In this document: piece by piece, positions 21,904 through 30,956 of the stretch
Layout of the letters: every line of letters starts with the position of its first letter
Position numbering within the stretch: the stretch's first letter is position 1
Assembly: GCA_030603365.1 (NCBI GenBank)
Contig: JAUVXV010000015.1
Coordinates: forward strand, 32,001 to 96,000
From: Candidatus Heimdallarchaeota archaeon
GTDB taxonomy: Archaea; Asgardarchaeota; Heimdallarchaeia; Heimdallarchaeales; Heimdallarchaeaceae
Direction: 5' to 3'
DNA length: 64,000 nt
Translations under genes and position numbers: made by a program
The notes under the pieces: model-generated
Told to the model about the DNA's origin: nothing
The model's input: only the letters and a program-made list of their open reading frames with translations
Database searches by the model: none

Positions 21904-24627
21904 TTAATTTAGAGTAAAACCATATCTTCTACTTCTACTTTTAAATGCATCCTCGCCCCCTTCTAAGGAAATTACAGATTTCAAAGTTTCAGGACAATCA
22001 AGATAACCAGTTTGATTAACTTTACCCTTTTTATCACCTAAAGCTTTGATTTCATGTATCAATTCTGAATCAGCTAACACTGGAATGTTGGGATTGTGTG
22101 TAACGAATATTTGTTGAGTATGATATTTCGATTTACTAATAGCATCAATTACTTGTGTAATAAAATAATGATGATCCATTTCTGATTCAGGAGTATCTAT
22201 TATCAAGATTCTAGGATTTGATTTTTGAAGTAGAATTATACTCAAAATAGTGCCACATTTTTCCCCTAGACTAAGTTCTTCTAGCTGTTCATGTTTTAAA
22301 TCTTTCAATAATTGTATTCTAGGCAGGTGGGGCACGGGTTGCATTATAGCATTCATAAAACCTTCATCAATTCTTTTGGTATGAAGAATAGAAACAACTC
22401 TTTTATCCACATTTTTCTCGAGCAACTGAGAGTATTTAGATGTAGAATTTAAATATTCAAACAATTCTAAAGGATGTACAAAAGTTTTTAACAGATTTCT
22501 AAATTTAATTTCTTTGTTTCTAATTTTATATTCATTCCCAGTGAATTTAATAACTAGATTATCAATTACTTCATCCAAATAACGTTTATTACTGAACTCG
22601 ATTCTAATATTGGGCAAATTTTTGCTTATGTACGAAGCAGTTTCATCTCTCTTTTTTTGAATTTTTGAATCAATTTTTATAATTTGTTTTATATTCCTAA
22701 GTATGCCATTTTCTATTTCAATAATTTCCTTGTTTAATTCTTCATACTCAGGAATAAAAGTTTTATTTATTGAAATCAATTCTTCCCTTTTACCATTTAG
22801 ATTATCAACAATTGCACCAACATCATGTGTGGTTTTGTCCAATTTAGATTTGTACTCACTCTCAACCTCATCGTACATCTTTTTCCATTTATCCAACAAA
22901 CCGCTTATTTCATCATGGATTTTAATAGTTAAACTTTCATTTAGTATGCTACGAACTCTCTCTTTCAGCTGATCTATAAATTCGCTATTTTTTACAGAAA
23001 TTTCATTTATTAAATCATTATTCAAAATTGAATCTTTCTCTAAAGTAGGAGTTTTTGGATAAGGTACATCACACATCACAGTAGCTATTTTCTCAAGAAA
23101 TTTTTGTGTGTTTTTTATAAACTTGAATTCTTCTTGCCATTCCTGATAATTTTGGACAAAATCAAATTTAACTAGAGCGGATAGTTCATCAATTCTATCT
23201 TCTAAATTTCCTTTTTGGTTTATTTTTTCTTCTAGGGTTTCAATTTTCTCTTGAATTTCAATAATTTCTTGTATTTTACTTTTAATATATCCACATTCTT
23301 TGTTTCTTAGTTTGAAGAGCTTTTTATCCTCAATATAATCATCAATGAGTTTAAGCTGATCACCGGTTTTCTTAGCTATTTCAACAAGCTCTCCTTGACC
23401 ATAAATTTCTGTTTCTATAAGTGTGCTTAATTTTTCAACTTCTTCACGAATAATACTATCATTGTGCAAGTAAAATAGAATTGTATTTCCTTGATTAGAA
23501 ATATCTTCTACATATGTTCTCTTCACAATGTACAATTTACCATCATTACCGTAAAAATATACATATACTGAGTTACCGTATGATAGAAGATTCATTATCT
23601 TGGATTCATATTCTTTATAACCTATTTCAGTAATCGGTAAATCATTGAATGCAAATTGAATCAGATTAACTAAAGTTGATTTTCCAGCACCTCTACCTCC
23701 AATCAAAACATTAAGATTAGGATGAAAAGCTATCAATTCATCCTCAAAATATCCACCTGAAACATGTACTCCCAAAATTCTTTGTTTAGTTATTGATGGT
23801 GGATCTTGCCTAATTACTCTTAATTTGGGTTCTCTCAGTACTTTCTTTAAGTTTTCAAATGTGGGATTTTGCATTTTTAGAAAAGAGTATCTTGAACCGA
23901 TTTTTCTTTCATCCTCAGATGTATCATCTAATGTATGACAATCTGAACCGAATAAACAAGGTCTATAGAGGAAGTTCAAACCTTCATCAGTTCCATCAAA
24001 GAACTTTGTATCATTTTCATCTCTGATTTCTACAAAGAATGGCAAGTTTTTTATCCTTTCTGCAATCACAACTCTATATGAATCTCGAAATTCGTTTCCA
24101 AAGCCTTTATGACTACTTGAATGAGCTAGAATAGCAATTCCATTTTTATCATTAATTATTTTGATAACTTCAAACAGACCTAAAGGATCAGGTTTAGCAA
24201 CTGCAGTTTTTGGATCACAGTTTTCCTCAATATTAAGAGTTCGAAGAATTGAATTAATCATTGACTCTTCTTCATGTATTGCTATTACATGAACATAAGG
24301 ATGTTGAGAAGAATCAACAAGAGATTTAGGTACGTTGATCTCCACACCTGCTAAGACTAATATTCCATACTTCATTGCTTTCTCTTTAAAAATTTCAAAA
24401 TCCTTAATACAATTATGATCAGTTAGAGCAATTATTTCTAAACCAACATCATTGGCTTTTTTCATAAGCTTTTCAGCGTATTCATCAACAGTCAGATCTG
24501 ATTTAACATCATATGAGTTTAGAGTGTGTATATGTAAATCAGCTTTATAGAATTTAGATGATTTTTCTTCTAAAATACCTAACAAAAGTTCGATATTTGC
24601 TTTAATTCTTTCATCCTCAGATTTCAT
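21904..24627 (-). CDS. PHP phosphoesterase fused to ABC/SMC-like ATPase (Ppl/TrlF-type putative anti-viral protein)
   Basis: ADLHIHT, LTDHN, GVEI, LAH and GSDCH (PHP); GGRGAGKS, coiled coil, LSLGEK, LIIDTPE and VTHN (ABC ATPase). Confidence 0.85.
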   Translation of the reverse strand: MKSEDERIKANIELLLGILEEKSSKFYKADLHIHTLNSYDVKSDLTVDEYAEKLMKKANDVGLEIIALTDHNCIKDFEIFKEKAMKYGILVLAGVEINVPKSLVDSSQHPYVHVIAIHEEESMINSILRTLNIEENCDPKTAVAKPDPLGLFEVIKIINDKNGIAILAHSSSHKGFGNEFRDSYRVVIAERIKNLPFFVEIRDENDTKFFDGTDEGLNFLYRPCLFGSDCHTLDDTSEDERKIGSRYSFLKMQNPTFENLKKVLREPKLRVIRQDPPSITKQRILGVHVSGGYFEDELIAFHPNLNVLIGGRGAGKSTLVNLIQFAFNDLPITEIGYKEYESKIMNLLSYGNSVYVYFYGNDGKLYIVKRTYVEDISNQGNTILFYLHNDSIIREEVEKLSTLIETEIYGQGELVEIAKKTGDQLKLIDDYIEDKKLFKLRNKECGYIKSKIQEIIEIQEKIETLEEKINQKGNLEDRIDELSALVKFDFVQNYQEWQEEFKFIKNTQKFLEKIATVMCDVPYPKTPTLEKDSILNNDLINEISVKNSEFIDQLKERVRSILNESLTIKIHDEISGLLDKWKKMYDEVESEYKSKLDKTTHDVGAIVDNLNGKREELISINKTFIPEYEELNKEIIEIENGILRNIKQIIKIDSKIQKKRDETASYISKNLPNIRIEFSNKRYLDEVIDNLVIKFTGNEYKIRNKEIKFRNLLKTFVHPLELFEYLNSTSKYSQLLEKNVDKRVVSILHTKRIDEGFMNAIMQPVPHLPRIQLLKDLKHEQLEELSLGEKCGTILSIILLQKSNPRILIIDTPESEMDHHYFITQVIDAISKSKYHTQQIFVTHNPNIPVLADSELIHEIKALGDKKGKVNQTGYLDCPETLKSVISLEGGEDAFKSRSRRYGFTLN

Positions 24628-24825
24628 TTTTTATTCCCCTCACTTGTATTTTAGTCAAAAAATACTAATATGCAGTATTCATTTTATATATTTAAGTTTT
24701 TTTTACATTTTTAATTAGAAACGTATGTTTTTCGTTATACAGTAAGATATTGACTCTTCCAAGAAAGAGGACAATTTGAGATCATCAATTTTATTTTTTC
24801 GTTTCTAAAGTTCAACAAAATAATA

Positions 24826-25386
24826 TCATAAATGCATTATCTCAAAATCCCATTCTCCTTTCTTTTTATCGGATGGAATTCCTCTTCCTTCTCTATAATA
24901 GTTTTCATACCAACTTCCCTTATAGTTAATAAATCGGTAGAAATCAATATTCCTATCTATACTTAGAAAGTAGACTCTTTTAATGTCATCATCATATCTT
25001 TTTAGATCCTGAAATTTCTTAATATCTTTTTGAGCATCTTCATCTTTTAATTTTGGTAAAAATTTAAACTCAAAAACAAACCAAAATCGGCCTATATCTC
25101 TTGTCCAAATTTCTTCATATTCCCATTCAGAATCTGCTTGTGATTTCATTATCACCAAATCGTAGAAGTAATTATTATCTGGATCTTTATATTGTAGGAA
25201 CATTCTTATTCCCGGATATTTATCAATAAAAGGCCTCAGATAGTGATAAAATGAAGCAATTAAAGTATCTTCATAATACATTATCTTTCTATTCTCCAAA
25301 TCTTCCTTTACTTTTACAGCCCATACTCTTTCAATTTCCTCCTCTAGTTCACTTATGTTAGGATAATCCTTCCTTCTTTCATTCAT
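24826..25386 (-). CDS. putative PD-(D/E)xK restriction-endonuclease-fold protein
   Basis: E-helix (YYEDTL), YDLVI and VFEFK, followed by a D..K helix. Confidence 0.6.
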   Translation of the reverse strand: MNERRKDYPNISELEEEIERVWAVKVKEDLENRKIMYYEDTLIASFYHYLRPFIDKYPGIRMFLQYKDPDNNYFYDLVIMKSQADSEWEYEEIWTRDIGRFWFVFEFKFLPKLKDEDAQKDIKKFQDLKRYDDDIKRVYFLSIDRNIDFYRFINYKGSWYENYYREGRGIPSDKKKGEWDFEIMHL

Positions 25387-25446
25387 TAAACAACCTCCTC
25401 TGATTGCACGTAATTATTTGACTATACCTTTATTAATATTATGATT

Positions 25447-25474
25447 AACCTTGCATTAAGGTCTCCTTATTGTA
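25447..25474 (-). repeat. dispersed palindromic repeat copy C (AACCTTGCATTAAGGTCTCCTTATTGTA)
   Basis: 25/28 identical to the reverse complement of 39296..39323. Confidence 0.75.
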
Positions 25475-25626
25475 ATTTCCTTCTTATAAGAAGAGATGAT
25501 TACTTGCATTATTTTGCAATTACTTCTTTACATATATCTAAAATACGGAATTTTATGTTTTCTTTTATAGATTTTCAGAAAAGGGAAACAAAAAGTTTTA
25601 TTTCTTACCAATTATAATCTAGATAT

Positions 25627-26694
25627 ATGGGTGAGAATATGGATAAAAGATATCAAGTATTTGTTAGTTCAACTTTTGAGGATTTAAAGGAAGAAAGAAG
25701 CGAGATTATTCATGCACTTTTAGAATTAAATTGCATTCCAAGTGGAATGGAATTGTTTCCTGCAGCAAATGAAGATCAATGGACTCTAATAAAACAAGTA
25801 ATTGAAGATTGTGATTATTATATTGTGATAGTTGGAGGAAGATATGGTTCAATAGGAATTGATGGGACAAGTTATACAGAAATGGAATATGATTATGCAG
25901 TAGAATCAGGAAAACCTGTAATTGCTTTTTTACATGAAAATCCGGACAACCTTCCAGTTAGAAAAGTAGATAGAGAAACACAGAAATCAGAAAAATTAAA
26001 CCAGTTCAGATTGAAGCTTAAAGAAAAAGTGTGCAAAACATGGACTAATGCTGAGAATCTGGGAGCTGTAGTTAGCAGAAGTTTAATTAGTTTGATGAAA
26101 ACTCATCCAGCTGTTGGTTGGGTGAGGGGAGATTTAATTCCTGATGAGGACGCAACTAAAGAGATTTTAAATTTAAGAAGAGAAATAGATGAGTTAAATC
26201 AAAGATTATCAGAGTATGAAAAAGAGACAATAACTGATATAGACAACTTATCTAAAGGTGAGGATAAGTTTGATATTATCTATTCATTCAGTGTTACTAG
26301 AGGATTATTAGATGTTTATACTTATGAATATAACAGCGTAGCTGTTAAATGGAATGAGATTTTTGCTGAAATTGCACCTTTGATGATTGCTGAAGCATCT
26401 GAAGAAAAACTTAAGCGGAGAATAAATAAATTTCTGGAAAGAGAACTTAAGCTCAAAATACCTGACGAACTTCTTAGATTGAAAGAAAAGGGGACACTTA
26501 GATTGGGATCCTTCAGAATCATTGATAAAAGCTTTGATTCAATAAAAGTACAATTCCGAGCTTTAGGATTAATAGAAAAAAGCACAAAAAAGCGAAGTGT
26601 TACAGATTTAAATGCATATTGGATTCTCACCAGAACTGGGGACTTATTCATGACACAGCTAATGGCAATAAAAAAAGAAGAACAGCCTCTATGA
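25627..26694 (+). CDS. DUF4062 domain protein (TIR/NDT-like fold) with coiled coil and C-terminal wHTH-like domain
   Basis: YQVFVSSTFEDLKEER, GMELFPA, DYYIVIVGGRYGS and SYTEMEYDYA. Confidence 0.9.
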   Translation: MGENMDKRYQVFVSSTFEDLKEERSEIIHALLELNCIPSGMELFPAANEDQWTLIKQVIEDCDYYIVIVGGRYGSIGIDGTSYTEMEYDYAVESGKPVIAFLHENPDNLPVRKVDRETQKSEKLNQFRLKLKEKVCKTWTNAENLGAVVSRSLISLMKTHPAVGWVRGDLIPDEDATKEILNLRREIDELNQRLSEYEKETITDIDNLSKGEDKFDIIYSFSVTRGLLDVYTYEYNSVAVKWNEIFAEIAPLMIAEASEEKLKRRINKFLERELKLKIPDELLRLKEKGTLRLGSFRIIDKSFDSIKVQFRALGLIEKSTKKRSVTDLNAYWILTRTGDLFMTQLMAIKKEEQPL

Positions 26695-27127
26695 TGTTCC
26701 TGAACCTAGCAGAATCAAATTAGAAGAGTTTACTAGTTTAATGGAAATCAGTTCAAGGAAGATCAAATCATTACTATTCAGTGAAAAACCAGAGAATTTG
26801 TTAGAGTGGTAGAAAATTTTTCATTAGATGAGGTCACCGCTGTTCTTCAAATGCTTAATGTAATCAAATTAGCATCAACTTCTTGTTTAGGTAAATTTTC
26901 TTCACTTATGTTAGTTTCTTGTATCTTTTTCTCTTTTCTCTTCTTAGTTTCTTGTTTTTTCACACTCATCTTATCCTAATCCCATTGGAGTTTTACAAAT
27001 ATTAGATATTTAAGTAATATAAAATTTTATTAGCTTTCAAATTCAAAAATAATATCGTAGAACCTTTATTTAAGAAGATATAAATATAGGAGAATTATTT
27101 AATAATATCTGTGAGGTTGGTGAAGAA

Positions 27128-30100
27128 ATGGACCCAGTATCAACTTATCTAATTCTCACTCTGATGGTTCCAATAATATCGGAATTTTTTGGAGATAAAC
27201 TTTTGAATAGAATATTAGAAAAACTAAAGTCTTTATTTAAGAGATCATCTAAAAACGAGGTTGATTCAGAAAAAATTGAAGAAAAGATGAGTACTTATCT
27301 TAATGATATTTTAGATGAAAACGGAGAAAATTCTCAAGAGTTCAAGAAGATACCTTCTTTCTTGATACATATGGGAGAGACAATATCCAAAGTGATCAAA
27401 CTCTCTGCAGATGAACAAGTCAAACAAATTAGTATTCAAATTTCATCTGAATTTGAAAAACTTGAAGCAAAAACTGAACTACAGTTTAAAGAATTGAAGA
27501 ATCTATTTGAAGAATTCCAATTTAATATACTAAAGTATTCTAAGGATTTAAACGAAATTAACCAAGAGTTAAAAAATCAACTTACCATATTGAGAAAAAA
27601 AATCCAAGAATTTGACACATTAATTTCAAAAGAAAATTTAATTCCTCTAAATTACTATCTAAATAGACAAGAAAGTAGAAGAATGCTAGAAAGGCACCCA
27701 AAATTAATTGGCAGGTCATATGAAATTAATAGATTACTTAATTTTCTAAATAGCAATCAAAACGTAATTTTGATATCAGGTCCAGGAGGAGTTGGAAAAA
27801 CAAGGCTTATACTAGAATTTGCAAAGGAGGTTATGAAGTTAAATTCTTGGAGTGTAAATTTCATTAACCACAATAAGGAATTCAAAGTTCAACATGAGAC
27901 AATTAACAGAGTATTGATTTTGGATGATGCAACTAGGTATGCAGATAAAATGTCTCTTATTGACTATATCATAAACAATTCAAGAATTAATAATATGAAG
28001 TTTATTCTTTTGGATCGAAGTATATTTAGTCAATCCTTGCAATTGGTATTTAAAGAAAAGAATCACAATCTGGAAATTATTAATTTATCAGAAGGTGATG
28101 TAAAAGAATTCTTGGATTGCTATTACAAGGAATTAAATGAGGAAATAAAGAGAGAAATTAGACAAAAATCAAATAACAACTTTGATTTAACAATTCTATT
28201 CGCTGATTTCGCTATTAACAATCTAGATATCTCAGATCCATTAGAAATACTTGAAACCAAATTAGTGAAATATATAAAGGATATTGCTATTAGAAGGAAA
28301 GTAGATGAAATAGATGTTATGACAACATTAAGTTTTATATCACTAATCCGTCCAATTAAAATTGATGATCTTAAATTATTAGCACTCGAATCATCATCTA
28401 TTCTTAAAAATGAAGATATTATTAGTGTTTTATATGATGGTACATCAGATCTTTTAGTTTTGAAGGATGACTATGTAGATTTTATCTTTGATTTTTATTC
28501 AGATTATTTGAATGCAAAACTTATAATCGAGAAGGAAGACATATTTTTACAAAATTTCCATTCTTTGCTTAAAAAACACCCATTAAATCTGACTTTAAAC
28601 ATTTTAGGTTTATCAAGGTTTTTTGATGTAAGAATAGGTATAAAAGTTGTAGAAATTATAGAGAATATTTGGTCTGAATTGAACAAGATTCAAAAAGTTG
28701 AGGTTGACTATTTCTTGTGTTTAGGATTGTTAACATTTTATTCAGAATATTTCGCATTTATTAATATAAACTCATGCTCATTAGATGCATGGTTTATAAA
28801 TTACCAGAATCTATATGATAAGACGAGTGATAGTGAAAATTTAAAAAGACTCCAATTTGAATTCATTTCAATCTTACAAAACTATATCTCTATACATAAA
28901 TCTGAGTATAATTTAGAGAAAATTAAAAGAGCTGTTGATTTTGTTAAAAATCTCTCAGAGGAACAAAAAACACAAGATCTCAATATAATGTATGCAAGAA
29001 GTTTGGTAAACGCTAGTGCTGTAACTAGCTTTCACAGCTTAGTAGATGAAACAAACTACTATATAGAAAAAATCAGAAAATTATACGAAACTAGCAGAGA
29101 CAATCGTATTTTAGAAATCTTTTCTATTTCACTTAGTAATAGAATATTAGATTCTAGTCAAAGAGAAAATGAAACTGAGTTAATTGAATATATGACTGAG
29201 ATTCAGAATTTATTTGAAACTGAAAACAAAGAATATGTATCAATAGGATTAAGCAACTCACTAAATATTTCCTGTGATTTTTATGGCAAAAAAAACAAAT
29301 TTGAGAAACTAGAATTCTATATGAGAAAATTAACAGATTTATCTAATGAATTCGAAACAATGCAGATTAGAAGTTCTTTAAATTCTGTTCTATTAAATTC
29401 AACAGATGATTATGGAAGAAATGGTATGTGGTCAGAATTGGAAAAATCTCTAAATCAACTAGAATTGATATTTGATACCTATCAAGAAGAAGATACACTT
29501 GTTAATTGGATAAAAGGTATAGCTAATTCAATAAAATACTATGGCAAAAATAAAATGTACAATGAAATGACATTAGGATTGAATAAACTTACACAGATTT
29601 ATAAAAAACATAGTTTTATGAATACAGCAGAGTGGATTTCCCATGCTTTATTTAATGCATCTTATCACTATAGTAAAAATATGAGTACAGAACATCTTAA
29701 AGGTATAGTAAAGACCATTTCTTCACTTGCAAATAAATTTGATAATAATGATTTAAGAGAAAAGTATGCAGGAGTACTCTTTAACATAATTAAAACATAC
29801 GGTGAACTCAAGAATTTTAAAAATATGGAAGTCTATTTAGGTGAACTTCATTTTCTTCAAAGTAAATTTCCTTTACAGCCAATAAAGCTATTCTACGTGA
29901 AAGCTTTAGTGGATTGTTTTACCTATTATGCTATGGACTCAAATAATACAAAAGCAAAAGATTGTCTGAAAGAAATTGAAGAAATAAATAAAGTTTTGAA
30001 TAATCATGAAATAAGGGAAAAGTATGGTTTTGTACTTACAAATGCTATACATTTTTATGGAATGAACAAAGAACCGAAAAATATTGAATCAATTATTGAA

Positions 30101-30796
30101 AAACTGAAAATCCTATTTGAATCAAATCCCTCAGGTTTCTTTTTAGAATTTTATTCAAGAGGTCTGTTAAATGTTATCACTCAATTTGGTCAACTAAACG
30201 ATCTGAATAAACTTGATCTGTATTTTGAAGTTTTAAACAACTTATATGATAGTACTGGAAACGACTTTTGTTTAATGGACTTATTATCAGCATATATTAA
30301 TGTGATATTTTCTCTTTCTCAAGAAAGAAATATAGAAAAGATAAAATTGTACCTAAAGAAATTTAAAAAGAAATTCAAAATAGGATACAATGAAGTAATT
30401 GATATGGCTATTGCTAATATATACTTCAATATACTTCCGGTTTTTGATGTTGATCCGGAATTTTTCTTTGTTTTTACAATTAGATTATATAATTTGCGCT
30501 TTCATTTGTTTGAATTTAGTCCTTTATCTCCACAGAATGAGAAGAATGTTTTCATGTTTGAAAAACCAGATAAAGAGCATGCAATAAAGACAATTGAAAA
30601 CAAAATTGTAAACTATGTAAGAAATAAAGTAATCACTTTAATAGAAAGAAATACAGATGAAACAAGAGAAATTCTAAACATTCTCAAGAAAGAAGTAAAG
30701 AATTATCATGATTTCACTATTCTGTTGGATAAGATTATTGAAAAAATTGATGTTAGTCTTCAATCAAAGATCTTTAAGATAATTGATGAATTATAA
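27128..30796 (+). CDS. STAND-class P-loop NTPase with N-terminal helical/coiled-coil domain and C-terminal TPR-like solenoid (NLR/Avs-like)
   Basis: LIGRSYEI, ISGPGGVGKTRL (Walker A), LILDDA (Walker B) and LLDR; ~39-aa helical repeats such as YARSLVNAS, WIKGIANSIKYYG and YAGVLFNIIKTYG. Confidence 0.8.
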   Translation: MDPVSTYLILTLMVPIISEFFGDKLLNRILEKLKSLFKRSSKNEVDSEKIEEKMSTYLNDILDENGENSQEFKKIPSFLIHMGETISKVIKLSADEQVKQISIQISSEFEKLEAKTELQFKELKNLFEEFQFNILKYSKDLNEINQELKNQLTILRKKIQEFDTLISKENLIPLNYYLNRQESRRMLERHPKLIGRSYEINRLLNFLNSNQNVILISGPGGVGKTRLILEFAKEVMKLNSWSVNFINHNKEFKVQHETINRVLILDDATRYADKMSLIDYIINNSRINNMKFILLDRSIFSQSLQLVFKEKNHNLEIINLSEGDVKEFLDCYYKELNEEIKREIRQKSNNNFDLTILFADFAINNLDISDPLEILETKLVKYIKDIAIRRKVDEIDVMTTLSFISLIRPIKIDDLKLLALESSSILKNEDIISVLYDGTSDLLVLKDDYVDFIFDFYSDYLNAKLIIEKEDIFLQNFHSLLKKHPLNLTLNILGLSRFFDVRIGIKVVEIIENIWSELNKIQKVEVDYFLCLGLLTFYSEYFAFININSCSLDAWFINYQNLYDKTSDSENLKRLQFEFISILQNYISIHKSEYNLEKIKRAVDFVKNLSEEQKTQDLNIMYARSLVNASAVTSFHSLVDETNYYIEKIRKLYETSRDNRILEIFSISLSNRILDSSQRENETELIEYMTEIQNLFETENKEYVSIGLSNSLNISCDFYGKKNKFEKLEFYMRKLTDLSNEFETMQIRSSLNSVLLNSTDDYGRNGMWSELEKSLNQLELIFDTYQEEDTLVNWIKGIANSIKYYGKNKMYNEMTLGLNKLTQIYKKHSFMNTAEWISHALFNASYHYSKNMSTEHLKGIVKTISSLANKFDNNDLREKYAGVLFNIIKTYGELKNFKNMEVYLGELHFLQSKFPLQPIKLFYVKALVDCFTYYAMDSNNTKAKDCLKEIEEINKVLNNHEIREKYGFVLTNAIHFYGMNKEPKNIESIIEKLKILFESNPSGFFLEFYSRGLLNVITQFGQLNDLNKLDLYFEVLNNLYDSTGNDFCLMDLLSAYINVIFSLSQERNIEKIKLYLKKFKKKFKIGYNEVIDMAIANIYFNILPVFDVDPEFFFVFTIRLYNLRFHLFEFSPLSPQNEKNVFMFEKPDKEHAIKTIENKIVNYVRNKVITLIERNTDETREILNILKKEVKNYHDFTILLDKIIEKIDVSLQSKIFKIIDEL

Positions 30797-30956
30797 ATTT
30801 GAATTTATTTACGAAAAATCTAATGATGTGACAATCTACTAAATAAATATTATACATTTATTTGTTAAATGAAGCACATTCAAAAAACACTTCTTAATGT
30901 AATATTTTTATAGATATAGTTAATATAATAACTATTACCTGAAGTGAGGTTGTTTA

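Noticed and set aside
26850-26970. 40-codon Lys/Glu-rich minus-strand ORF (MSVKKQETKKRKEKK...) and similar scraps at 33520-33770 and 16690-16830
   Set aside because: Too short or degraded to assign a family; probably remnants.
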